64,000 nucleotides of DNA, taken from IMG/VR virus record IMGVR_UViG_3300032326_001218. One strand, written 5' to 3'. Below, one piece after another: positions 1 through 8,936 of this stretch. Each line of letters starts with the position of its first letter. Position 1 is the stretch's first letter. The stretch is from an uncultured virus (IMG/VR IMGVR_UViG_3300032326_001218) (taxonomy: Duplodnaviria > Heunggongvirae > Uroviricota > Caudoviricetes). The position numbers and the translations under genes were made by a program. The notes under the pieces are model-generated. The model did no database searches. It was not told the DNA's origin and saw nothing but the letters and a program-made list of their open reading frames with translations.

Positions 1-405
1 GCAACTCCATATACACATCCTAAATTATTGAATATGATTTTAGTTGGACCTAATGTATCAACTGCATTGGCAAACCACAATTTAGGTTTGAGATTTAGGA
101 GAGCAACCCAATTCACAATGAAGAATAGTATAATTTGGGGATGGATGAAAGGTGGATTGAGTTTGGAAAGTAATGAAACCACACAATTCGTAAAAGATGG
201 AGTTTCAGTATTTGAAAACAATTCAGTAGGAACATTTAACCCTACGTTAAACTTTATTAGTAGAGCAACCACAATCCTAACAAATGACCAACTTAAAACT
301 TTAGCTTTAGGTAAAGGTAATAAAGAAATAGATGTTGTAATACCTGAATTAGATAAACCAATATGGGTAAATGGATGGACTAGATTCCCATCAAAAGGAA
401 ATTAA
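1..405 (+). CDS. 5'-truncated gene; C-terminal part of a Bacteroidetes-type secreted/beta-helix (lipo)protein
   Basis: Frame 1 is open from base 1 (ATPYTHPKLLNMILVGP...GLRFRRAT...NSIIWG...WVNGWTRF). The family resemblance is from memory only. Confidence 0.45.
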   Translation, partial: ATPYTHPKLLNMILVGPNVSTALANHNLGLRFRRATQFTMKNSIIWGWMKGGLSLESNETTQFVKDGVSVFENNSVGTFNPTLNFISRATTILTNDQLKTLALGKGNKEIDVVIPELDKPIWVNGWTRFPSKGN

Positions 406-409
406 AACG

Positions 410-437
410 AAAGGGAGATTTATTCTCCCTTTTTTTT
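410..437 (+). terminator. Rho-independent terminator
   Basis: AAGGGAGA-TTTAT-TCTCCCTT hairpin followed by a T run, just after the stop at 405. Confidence 0.85.
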
Positions 438-445
438 ATATTTAT
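438..445 (+). promoter_or_regulatory. ATATTTAT motif, candidate phage late promoter (first of 17 copies; see findings)
   Basis: The same octamer recurs in intergenic gaps shortly upstream of gene starts throughout the window. Confidence 0.65.
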
Positions 446-466
446 AGGTAACTAAATAATATACCT

Positions 467-1297
467 ATGAAAAATCTATTATTTTTATTGGCATTTTTGC
501 CAACACTAGCTTTTTCACAAGTTAGTAATTGGAGAAGTAATCCACCAACACCTCAAAGGTCTACACCATCAATGTCACCATCTATTTCACAAAGAAACGA
601 TGTTAGCAGATGGAGAGATGTATCACCAAGAGAGTTTAATAGACCGGTAAGAACAAGACCTGGTTCAAACATAATTGTTAGAGACCCTTGGTTGATGAAC
701 AATTGGGGATGGGGATGGAATAGATGGGATATGTGGGGAGCACCAGGATTTGGTTGGAACTTTTGGCAACCGTCTTGGTATTGGAATGATTGGGGTTACA
801 GACAACCTGCAAGAGTTTACGTTTATAATGATGGAAGGAGAGATACTGTTAGAGGTAAGAAACCCGTTATCAGTTTTGGTATCCAAAAAACAGGAGGTAA
901 CCAAATTGGTGGATTCGTTACTATGGGTGGTAAAGCATATTTCATAGCCGAATATAATTCAACATTTGAAAGAGATAATTCAACATTCTTTCCATATGGT
1001 AATATAACACAAGTTGATTTCCCAATGGTAAGTGATTTAGTAGAACAAAGAAACTTTTATGTGGGTGTTGGTAAAAGAATCAAAAGAACAGGTATACATC
1101 TTATGATTGGTAGTGTGAGTGAAGATGTAAAGTGGAGAGGTAAAGATGATATTGGATACATTACTTTCCCAAAATATAAAGATAGATTTACAACTGTTAA
1201 AGTTGGAGCGTTACATGATTTCAAAAATCTAACATTAAAGTATGATTATGACCCAATAATCCGAAATAGTACTTTTGGTTTAGGTATTAATTTCTAA
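467..1297 (+). CDS. secreted protein with a Trp/Gly-rich segment and a probable C-terminal outer-membrane beta-barrel
   Basis: Signal peptide (MKNLLFLLAFLPTLAFS|Q), WGWGWNRW segment, alternating beta-strands, ends FGLGINF. Confidence 0.6.
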   Translation: MKNLLFLLAFLPTLAFSQVSNWRSNPPTPQRSTPSMSPSISQRNDVSRWRDVSPREFNRPVRTRPGSNIIVRDPWLMNNWGWGWNRWDMWGAPGFGWNFWQPSWYWNDWGYRQPARVYVYNDGRRDTVRGKKPVISFGIQKTGGNQIGGFVTMGGKAYFIAEYNSTFERDNSTFFPYGNITQVDFPMVSDLVEQRNFYVGVGKRIKRTGIHLMIGSVSEDVKWRGKDDIGYITFPKYKDRFTTVKVGALHDFKNLTLKYDYDPIIRNSTFGLGINF

Positions 1298-1298
1298 A

Positions 1299-2747
1299 AT
1301 GAAAAAATGGGTAATTGGTTTATTGTTAATTGTTATATCTTCATTCGTTACGGAAGCGATAGGGCAAACTTATACCCAAACATATAAAGATAAATGTACG
1401 GGTGAAATTAAAATAGCAACTACCACAATTACAAATGGGTTTGCAACAGTATCATTTTATAATCAGGTCAGAGTATTTTCTCCACAGGAGGTAATGGCTG
1501 GAGCCGTTCAGGCTTGGATAACAGCAACTTATGCTGCATATTCAACTATGGGGTGTCCAACAAACATAGTAGTTCAACAAGCAGTAACCCAAGCGGCAGC
1601 TCAAGCAGCATCTCAAGCCGCCTCACAGGCTGCAAGTTCGGCAGCATCATCTGCGGCAAGTTCATCGGCAAGTGCGGCAGCAAGTAGTAGTGCAAGTGCA
1701 GCAGCCGCATCAACACCTCCACCAACTACATCGGCACCACCATCAAGCAGTAGTTCTACTCCACCTGCATCATCTGGAAGTAGTAGTTCTGGAAATAGTT
1801 CTTCATCATCTTCATCAGGCAGTTCATCTTCATCCGGTAGTTCATCTTCATCTAAAACAGAAACTAAAACGGAGACCAAATCCGAAACAAAATCTGAAAC
1901 TAAATCTGAATCTAAATCAGAATCCAAATCTGAAAGCAAATCTGAATCAAAAGAGGAATCTAAATCTGAAAGTAAATCGGAAGAAAAGAAAGAGGAATCT
2001 AAAAAAGAGGAGAAAAAGGAAGAATCTAAAGAAGAAAAGAAAGAGGAAAAAAAGGAAGAAAAGAAAAAAGAGGAAAAAAAGAAATCTCCAACAAATCCAA
2101 TGATGTTAGCATCTGATTTGGCAGGTACGGAAGATATGGAAGGTAAGTATGCCGTAATGATGAGTGTGGGTGTATCTAAATCATCTCTTATGGGTGATAA
2201 ATCATATTCGGCTACTGCACTTATTTGGAGTACATTGGACCAATTTGCTTTGAGTGCTGGGGTGACTAAGATGGATTTTGAGGATGGTAAATTAAATGCG
2301 ATACATTCATACGGAACTACATTTGCGTACCTTAAAGGAACTCTAATGAACCTTAATGGGTATACCTGGATTAAACCTCACCCTAAATACGGAACATTCG
2401 GATATAATGTGGGTGTAATTACCTTAATGATGCCAAAAATGAATGGTGGTGGGTATGATGTTTCGTTAAGTGCATCTGCTGTTGGATTTTGGATGAAACC
2501 CTACCAATATAATAGAAAGGTTACACTAACCCCACAGGTATTCTTAATGCAATCACCAATAGCTTGGAATACAATGACGGGAAATAGTTCGGTAAGTAGA
2601 ACACCTGGAGTAATTCTAGGATTGGGATACGATTATAAAATCAGTAGAAGATTTGCACTATCAACTGCATATAGAGGAGCTATGACCTTTGAACCTAAAT
2701 TTAATTTAATGAACAACTTCCAAATTGGTTCAAAAATGATATTTTAG
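1299..2747 (+). CDS. secreted protein with an Ala/Ser/Glu/Lys low-complexity linker and a probable C-terminal beta-barrel
   Basis: Signal peptide, (A/S)n, poly-Ser, ESKS and EEKK repeats, amphipathic strands, terminal Phe. Confidence 0.6.
   Translation: MKKWVIGLLLIVISSFVTEAIGQTYTQTYKDKCTGEIKIATTTITNGFATVSFYNQVRVFSPQEVMAGAVQAWITATYAAYSTMGCPTNIVVQQAVTQAAAQAASQAASQAASSAASSAASSSASAAASSSASAAAASTPPPTTSAPPSSSSSTPPASSGSSSSGNSSSSSSSGSSSSSGSSSSSKTETKTETKSETKSETKSESKSESKSESKSESKEESKSESKSEEKKEESKKEEKKEESKEEKKEEKKEEKKKEEKKKSPTNPMMLASDLAGTEDMEGKYAVMMSVGVSKSSLMGDKSYSATALIWSTLDQFALSAGVTKMDFEDGKLNAIHSYGTTFAYLKGTLMNLNGYTWIKPHPKYGTFGYNVGVITLMMPKMNGGGYDVSLSASAVGFWMKPYQYNRKVTLTPQVFLMQSPIAWNTMTGNSSVSRTPGVILGLGYDYKISRRFALSTAYRGAMTFEPKFNLMNNFQIGSKMIF
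1590..2085 (+). repeat. coding low-complexity repeats (AASQ/SS/SETK/EEKK)
   Basis: Tandem degenerate 12-15 nt units visible in the sequence. Confidence 0.8.
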
Positions 2748-2783
2748 AATAAATCAATATTTATACACATAAAAACACGTCTT

Positions 2784-3440
2784 ATGAAAAAATTTCTTAA
2801 TTTTAAAAACATTGCTATCGCAGCATTAATAATTTACATCCTTTTACAATGGTTTAATCCAGGTGGAGTTATGCCAGGTGGAAGAACTATCAGAATTGAT
2901 GGTAAAAAGTATGAAGTATTAAAACATACAATTGATACAATTGAAGTTGAAAAAACTAAAATAGTAACTAAAAAAGGTGCAGATATTATACATGAAGTAA
3001 TTGATGTAGATACATTAGTTCTTAAAGAATTAGTAAATGTAGATACCGCAGCATTACTTAAAGATTATTTAGCAAAGGTAGTTTACAAAGATACATTAAC
3101 TTTAGATGGTGGATTGGGAACTATTGCATTAACCGATACTATCACAAAGAATAGAATATTAGGTAGAACTTGGGATGCTAAAGTAAAAGAAAGAATCATC
3201 AAAGAAGAACTTATTGTTAAAGAACCTGCAAAAGCACAATTATATTATGGTTTGAATGCTGGGTTTAATAGAGAAGATTATGTTTCTGCAGTTGGAGCTG
3301 GTTTAATCTTAAAAACTAAAAAAGATAAAATTTATCAATTTGGTTTAGGTGTAAACAATAGAACTACTGATGGAACTAATGGTTCATTCTCACCGTATGT
3401 TGGTTTTGGTACATATTGGAAAATTAAAGTTAAAAAATAA
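2784..3440 (+). CDS. membrane-anchored envelope protein with C-terminal beta-strands (possibly spanin-like)
   Basis: N-terminal hydrophobic helix, repeated DT[ILA] motifs, C-terminal YVGFGTYWKI. Confidence 0.5.
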   Translation: MKKFLNFKNIAIAALIIYILLQWFNPGGVMPGGRTIRIDGKKYEVLKHTIDTIEVEKTKIVTKKGADIIHEVIDVDTLVLKELVNVDTAALLKDYLAKVVYKDTLTLDGGLGTIALTDTITKNRILGRTWDAKVKERIIKEELIVKEPAKAQLYYGLNAGFNREDYVSAVGAGLILKTKKDKIYQFGLGVNNRTTDGTNGSFSPYVGFGTYWKIKVKK

Positions 3441-3982
3441 TGATAAAGTTATCCGAATTATATTCATTACCTAAACAAACTGAAAAAGATATAGCAGATT
3501 CAGTTAAAATGGGATTTAATAAAGTACAAGTAGGCCTCATATCTCCAAAGAAAAAAGGCGTAATGCTTATGAATAAGAACTACGAAGTACGGGGAGTTTA
3601 TCCAATTGAATTCAAAAAAGTAATTGAATACATTGTTGATAAATACACCGAACTAACTGAAGCTAAGATTATAACCGGAAAACCAGTTGTAAGTGAAGCG
3701 AGTAATCCTCATGAAAATCCTGATGTTTTAGCTTTATCTAAAAAGATAGCTAAATTAACCGATAGAAATGACCATACAGCTTCTGTAATGGAATTGGCAA
3801 AATTTTTGAAAGATACAAAGGCAATTAAGAAATTAGAAGCAATAGAAACAATACACAAAATAGAAGGTTCAATTCCATCTGAAATTTCTAAATATAGAAA
3901 CATTATCTTAAACGGATTAATGGATACCTTTGGAGATAAATATAGTTTACACGACTATACAAATTTAAAAGGAGCGTTTTAA
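3440..3982 (+). CDS. hypothetical protein, candidate internal head protein (MIKL leader)
   Basis: 180-aa ORF with TAATG coupling, MIKLSEL start and LTEA/VSEA motifs. Confidence 0.5.
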   Translation: MIKLSELYSLPKQTEKDIADSVKMGFNKVQVGLISPKKKGVMLMNKNYEVRGVYPIEFKKVIEYIVDKYTELTEAKIITGKPVVSEASNPHENPDVLALSKKIAKLTDRNDHTASVMELAKFLKDTKAIKKLEAIETIHKIEGSIPSEISKYRNIILNGLMDTFGDKYSLHDYTNLKGAF

Positions 3983-3983
3983 T

Positions 3984-4571
3984 ATGAAAAGTTTAAAAGA
4001 AGCATTTGTAAAAGGTGTAACTTACGGAGGAACTGTTTGTAAAGGTGGTTGCTTTGTGGGCAAGGAAGGTTTAAAGAAGATAATTAAAATATCTAAAGAA
4101 TTACCTAATAATATTTTTATTTTTAGAGATGATAACTACTCTGGATTACAACCACACTTTATTAAGAATGGTGTAATTGCAAAGGCAAACACAATTGGTA
4201 ATCCATCTTATGATTTACAAAATAAAAAATTAAGAAATTTAAATATAGGTAAAGATGTAATTCTTTCTGTTAGGCTATTTGAAGGAGTTAATGAATCAGT
4301 AAATGAAGCAAAATCTGATTACGAAGTATATCACAAAACATATACATCGGCAATTTCTGCGGCTAGAAATTACGCAGAGAAAAAAGGATACGAAATAAAT
4401 GATGATGATTCTTTCAGACAAATAGGAATGGGTCCTCGTAAACCATCGGAAGGCAAGACTAATAAATTTAGTATTGAATTATCTAAAGATGGTAAGGTTC
4501 AAAGAAAGAAACTTCAGATTCAGGTTTATGGTATGAAAAATTCTTATGAATTAAATGCATATATTCAATAA
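3984..4571 (+). CDS. hypothetical two-module protein, candidate internal head protein
   Basis: MKSLKEA start; the LFEG-VNES-VNEA linker separates two modules. Confidence 0.5.
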   Translation: MKSLKEAFVKGVTYGGTVCKGGCFVGKEGLKKIIKISKELPNNIFIFRDDNYSGLQPHFIKNGVIAKANTIGNPSYDLQNKKLRNLNIGKDVILSVRLFEGVNESVNEAKSDYEVYHKTYTSAISAARNYAEKKGYEINDDDSFRQIGMGPRKPSEGKTNKFSIELSKDGKVQRKKLQIQVYGMKNSYELNAYIQ

Positions 4572-4795
4572 TGATTAAGTTAAAAGATATATTACCGGAA
4601 CGTCATAAGAATACTCCTAACGAAAGAATATCAAACTACAAAAAGAGAATTCAAAATCTAAAGGATAAAATAGCTAAAGCAGTGGATACAAATTCCGATA
4701 CTGTAAAGTTACAAAAAAATCAAATTAAAGTTATTCAACAAACTATGAATAATTTTAAACAATCACAAGCAATAAAGAACCAAAAAAGTGCTTAA
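4571..4795 (+). CDS. small basic coiled-coil protein (MIKL leader); may be the frameshifted N-terminus of the next gene
   Basis: MIKLKDIL start; overlaps the next ORF at an A6 run. Confidence 0.5.
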   Translation: MIKLKDILPERHKNTPNERISNYKKRIQNLKDKIAKAVDTNSDTVKLQKNQIKVIQQTMNNFKQSQAIKNQKSA

Positions 4796-5600
4796 AGAGT
4801 GCATTATTGTATCTAAAGAAGTTGGAGATAAATTTATCCTAGCTAAAAATAGAGATAGAGCTTATAATCCATCTCTAGAAATTGTACACACTATTATTGA
4901 TGGTGTTGAAGTTGCATATCTACATGATTTAGTAACTGACTGGAGTGAAGGATTAAATGAAAAAGGAATAGGTGTTGTAAATTCTGCACTATTAGTTGGA
5001 CACGATGAAGCCGAACATAAGATTGTAAAGAAAGGTGGTAAACCTGGACCCGATGGTGATAAGATGAGAAACATCATCAAACAACCTACTCTAATAGATG
5101 CTGTTAAAGCTACACTTACATATAAAGGTAAGAGTGGATTATCTTTGAAAGGCCATACATTCGTATCATCCCCAAAACATATGGTTAGTATTGAAACTAC
5201 ATCAAAGCATAAGCCTGATGTTAAACTTCAAAACTCCGAATCACCTGTTGTTCGTACAAATCACGGACATATGTTCACCGATGCGGGTTATACGAATGGT
5301 GAGAAGTATTTAAGTTCAAAAATGAGAAAGCTATCAGCAGAGAAATCGGTTGATAGGGTGGAAGATTGGAAAGAAGTAGCTAATGCTATGAGAAAAGAAT
5401 TCTTCCCAAAAAGACCTCAATTGAATATGAAAAGAGATACAAAAGAGATGTCTACTTCATCACAAACCGTAATGAATCTAACTGACCGTATTTTACAAAT
5501 AACATACTTTAAGAACAAAGTAAACGAATTCAAAGGTATTAATAGACAACTACCTGATGGGTATCAACCTAAAATCAAGATTGAGATTATTGAATCATAA
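4788..5600 (+). CDS. Ntn-hydrolase-fold protein (Cys nucleophile; C45/NRDE-like)
   Basis: CIIV...ILAKNRDR...EGLNEKGIGVVNS...VRTNH pattern typical of Cys-Ntn hydrolases. Confidence 0.7.
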   Translation: MLKECIIVSKEVGDKFILAKNRDRAYNPSLEIVHTIIDGVEVAYLHDLVTDWSEGLNEKGIGVVNSALLVGHDEAEHKIVKKGGKPGPDGDKMRNIIKQPTLIDAVKATLTYKGKSGLSLKGHTFVSSPKHMVSIETTSKHKPDVKLQNSESPVVRTNHGHMFTDAGYTNGEKYLSSKMRKLSAEKSVDRVEDWKEVANAMRKEFFPKRPQLNMKRDTKEMSTSSQTVMNLTDRILQITYFKNKVNEFKGINRQLPDGYQPKIKIEIIES

Positions 5601-5649
5601 TCCCACTTTTTTCATAATACATATTTATAGACGTACAAAATAATAAAGT

Positions 5650-6042
5650 ATGTCAACAGAATTTGAGTTATTTAAAGGAAAAAATCTAAGTTCTCTATTT
5701 GAGGACATTTATAACAACCAATTAAGTAAAAAACAAAAAATAAGCTCTTTAATAGAAGAATTAAAGAAGATGATAAAACATGCAGGTGATGTTGCATCCA
5801 TCGGTCCTATTCTATCATCGTTAATTGATAGTTCGGTTAAGAACGATGACCAGTTAGTTAAACTTGCAACTATTGCAACTAAAATTATAGCTGCAGAAAA
5901 GAAAACCGAAGGACAAGATGGTTTCTTAACCGAATTTGAAAAAAATCAATTGCTTAAAGAATTAGAGGAAACTAAGCAAGAGGTTGAAAGAGTAGATGAT
6001 TTAGAATTTGAATTGGAAGATTTAAAAAAGAAAATGAAATAA
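5650..6042 (+). CDS. hypothetical helical protein
   Basis: 130-aa ORF after an ATATTTAT motif at 5621. Confidence 0.6.
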   Translation: MSTEFELFKGKNLSSLFEDIYNNQLSKKQKISSLIEELKKMIKHAGDVASIGPILSSLIDSSVKNDDQLVKLATIATKIIAAEKKTEGQDGFLTEFEKNQLLKELEETKQEVERVDDLEFELEDLKKKMK

Positions 6043-6043
6043 T

Positions 6044-7303
6044 ATGGGTCTTACTACTGATAGAATTAGTACATCAAACGTATTATCAACAAATATTACC
6101 GAAACTTCTCAAAGTGATATCGGTGTTGTTTTTGATGTTATAACGGATGAAAATAATGAGTATTTAAAAAAATACGATGAAGGATATAGATTGACTTTCG
6201 TAGGGGCTATCATTTATAGAACTTTAGATGCATTTGGTGTTTCTAAAGATGATATACCTATTGCATTACCGGTAGATGCTACTAAAAAAGATTTACCAAC
6301 TATTAATGAAAGAGTACATATTATAAAGACCGGATTAGGTATTTTTTATAAAAGAATGCAACCAACCAATGAAACACCTAATTCAAGTGCGGCCATAAAC
6401 GAGATATCATTAAAGATACATCCAAAACAAAATTCAACACAAAGTGCACCAAATTTACAATCATATAAAGAAACAGCTACAACCGGTATAACCAATAACG
6501 ATAATACTGGTGAATTTAAAAAATATGATAAATTTGGAAAATACTTTAAATTTACTCCAAATATACATAAATTAAAATTATATGAAGGAGATTCTATAAT
6601 TGAATCTAGATTTGGACAATCAATACGTTTTTCAGCATATAATAATAAAGCCGGTTCTACTCCATCATTTTCACCAACAATCATTATTAGAAATGGAGAG
6701 AGTCCACTTAATCAGGCTAAAAATGTAAATGTTACAATAGAAGAAGATGTTAATATGGATGGTAGCACGATTGCATTATCATCCAAAGATTATGAACTTC
6801 CATTTATTCCTGGTACATTGGATAAAAATGGAAAATCCGATTTTGAAACAAAACCAGAATCATTTGTTGATTATCCTGCAAAATTAAACGGAGACCAAAT
6901 TCTTTTAAGTTCCGGTAGATTAATGTTTTCTGCTAGAAATGGTGAAATGATATTCTATTCAAAAAAAAATTATGGATTTATTTCCGATGGAAACTTATCC
7001 ATTGATAATAAACTTGGAATTGATATAAGTGTAAAAGATAATATTAATATTGTTACAAATGATAAAGATGTTGTAATGGTTACTGGAAATGGTAAGATAT
7101 TTTTAGGCAGTAAAGATTTAGAACCGTTGGTAAAAGGAAAACAATTAGTTGCACTTCTTGGTGAATTAATTGATGTTATAGGCGATATGCAATTTAAAAC
7201 ACCAGCAGGTCCTTCTGCAATAGGTTCTGAAAATAGAAAAGCATTTGGGGCAATTAAAGATAAATTAAATAATATTCTAAGTAATCAGAATCAAACTTCA
7301 TAA
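6044..7303 (+). CDS. baseplate hub/central spike protein (gp5-like, no lysozyme domain seen)
   Basis: N-terminal OB-like region (LPTINERV), EGDSIIESRFGQSIRF, beta-repeat region, EPLVKG...TPAGPS end; lies upstream of the gp25-like gene. Confidence 0.6.
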   Translation: MGLTTDRISTSNVLSTNITETSQSDIGVVFDVITDENNEYLKKYDEGYRLTFVGAIIYRTLDAFGVSKDDIPIALPVDATKKDLPTINERVHIIKTGLGIFYKRMQPTNETPNSSAAINEISLKIHPKQNSTQSAPNLQSYKETATTGITNNDNTGEFKKYDKFGKYFKFTPNIHKLKLYEGDSIIESRFGQSIRFSAYNNKAGSTPSFSPTIIIRNGESPLNQAKNVNVTIEEDVNMDGSTIALSSKDYELPFIPGTLDKNGKSDFETKPESFVDYPAKLNGDQILLSSGRLMFSARNGEMIFYSKKNYGFISDGNLSIDNKLGIDISVKDNINIVTNDKDVVMVTGNGKIFLGSKDLEPLVKGKQLVALLGELIDVIGDMQFKTPAGPSAIGSENRKAFGAIKDKLNNILSNQNQTS

Positions 7304-7312
7304 TTTATTAGT

Positions 7313-7912
7313 ATGAGCAATATAGGAACTACAGTCATAAGTGGTATAACTTCAAACATAGCACCAAAACTAGAAGGCGCGGTTGGCGGCTTAACTTCAC
7401 AATTACAAAACGCGGCAGGTATAAATTTAAATACGATTACGAGTGTTGTACCTGGTGATTTATCTGCATTAGCAGGGGGTGCGATAGGTGAGGCACAGGC
7501 GCAATTGGGTAAGGCAAAGGAATTGGCGGATAAGCTTAAAAATATCAAAAAACCAACTATACCAAACTTTAAAGGTATAAAACCTCCACCATTTAAACCA
7601 CTTAAAGAATTTAGACAACCTGCTTTACCAAAAACAAAAAAAGAATTAAAAGCCGAAAAAGAAAAATTAAAAGGTATGGTTGGTAAAGCTGCCGGTGGTA
7701 TTAATAAGCTAAAAGATGCGGCAACAAAAGCGCAAGGATTAGCATCACAAGCGCAAGGTTTGGCATCAAAGGCGCAAGGATTAGCGGGAAATATACAATC
7801 ACAAGTTGGAAATATAGCATCACAGGCTCAAGGATTAGCAGGAAATTTATCGTCTCAAGCATCAAATATAGCCGGAAAAATTCAATCACAAATACCAAAT
7901 TTACCAAAGTAA
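7313..7912 (+). CDS. hypothetical protein with amphipathic AQGLAS repeats
   Basis: KAQGLAS/QAQGLAS/KAQGLAG repeats and a Pro/Lys-rich middle. Confidence 0.6.
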   Translation: MSNIGTTVISGITSNIAPKLEGAVGGLTSQLQNAAGINLNTITSVVPGDLSALAGGAIGEAQAQLGKAKELADKLKNIKKPTIPNFKGIKPPPFKPLKEFRQPALPKTKKELKAEKEKLKGMVGKAAGGINKLKDAATKAQGLASQAQGLASKAQGLAGNIQSQVGNIASQAQGLAGNLSSQASNIAGKIQSQIPNLPK

Positions 7913-7913
7913 T

Positions 7914-8936
7914 ATGAGTTGGCAACTATTTAAAAATAATTTAATAAATAGAATATGTAATGCTAAACAAGTACCTGATATAGAGTACGTTGCCAAAGCA
8001 TTTGCCGAAGAATATGATGCTGCGGTTAAGAGAGGTGGAACAATACCTGATAATATACCGGTTACAAAAGGTAACGTAGAGGCCATGCAAAAACTATTCG
8101 TTTCCGCTTTACAAAAAGGATTATCCAAAACTACTCCTTATGATTTAGTTGGTGAAATGGGAAGGGGTGTTAAAGCATATTGGACCGGTGCACAACTTGC
8201 ACCATTTCCAATACCTTTACCAACTGCACCACAAATTGCTACAAACGTAACTGCAAATTTGACAAGTGTGAGTAATTCTATTACAACTCCAGGAAACTGG
8301 CCAGTTCAAGGAGATTTAGAAGAAACTAAAACGGAGGAGAAAAAGAAACAAGATTCCGAAAATAAACCTGCTAAAGAAAATAATGATAATGCCAAAAAGA
8401 TTTTAATAGTAGGTGATTCTATATCTGTAGATGCGGGATATACTTGGTCATCATATTATAAAAAAATTAATAATAAAGCAGATGTTGAAATACTTGCAAT
8501 TGGTGGTAAACAATTAACACTATGGATGAAGCCGGAATTAGAAAAGAAACTGGCTACAACCAAATATGATAAAGTTTACATATATGGTGGTACGAATGAT
8601 ATATTTTCCGCAAAGAAAGCAGAAAGGGTATTAAGTGTATTGCAAGGTATGGTAGATTCCGTAAATAAAACCGGTGCAAAAGCGATTGTAATTACTGGAT
8701 ATGATGGTGAACGAGATATGTTAATTGAAAATTTTCCGTTCACTAGATATGTGAGGGTAAAAGAAGATTATATACCGTATTTACAGGAATATCAAAAATA
8801 TCAAAGATTAATGGCATCAACGATAAAGGGTGCAACTATTGTTCCTATAATATCGGTAGGTGTAATAAAGGATGGATTCCATCCAATAACAGGAAGGCAA
8901 CCAAAAATTTTAGGAGACCATATAAATAAATACTAA
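7914..8936 (+). CDS. baseplate-region protein with a C-terminal SGNH/GDSL hydrolase domain
   Basis: ILIVGDSIS (block I), YGGTND (block III), DGFHP (block V). Confidence 0.75.
   Translation: MSWQLFKNNLINRICNAKQVPDIEYVAKAFAEEYDAAVKRGGTIPDNIPVTKGNVEAMQKLFVSALQKGLSKTTPYDLVGEMGRGVKAYWTGAQLAPFPIPLPTAPQIATNVTANLTSVSNSITTPGNWPVQGDLEETKTEEKKKQDSENKPAKENNDNAKKILIVGDSISVDAGYTWSSYYKKINNKADVEILAIGGKQLTLWMKPELEKKLATTKYDKVYIYGGTNDIFSAKKAERVLSVLQGMVDSVNKTGAKAIVITGYDGERDMLIENFPFTRYVRVKEDYIPYLQEYQKYQRLMASTIKGATIVPIISVGVIKDGFHPITGRQPKILGDHINKY

Noticed and set aside
1613..2103. Overlapping ORFs 1613..1939 (-) and 1672..2103 (+)
   Set aside because: Frame shadows of the low-complexity region in 1299..2747.
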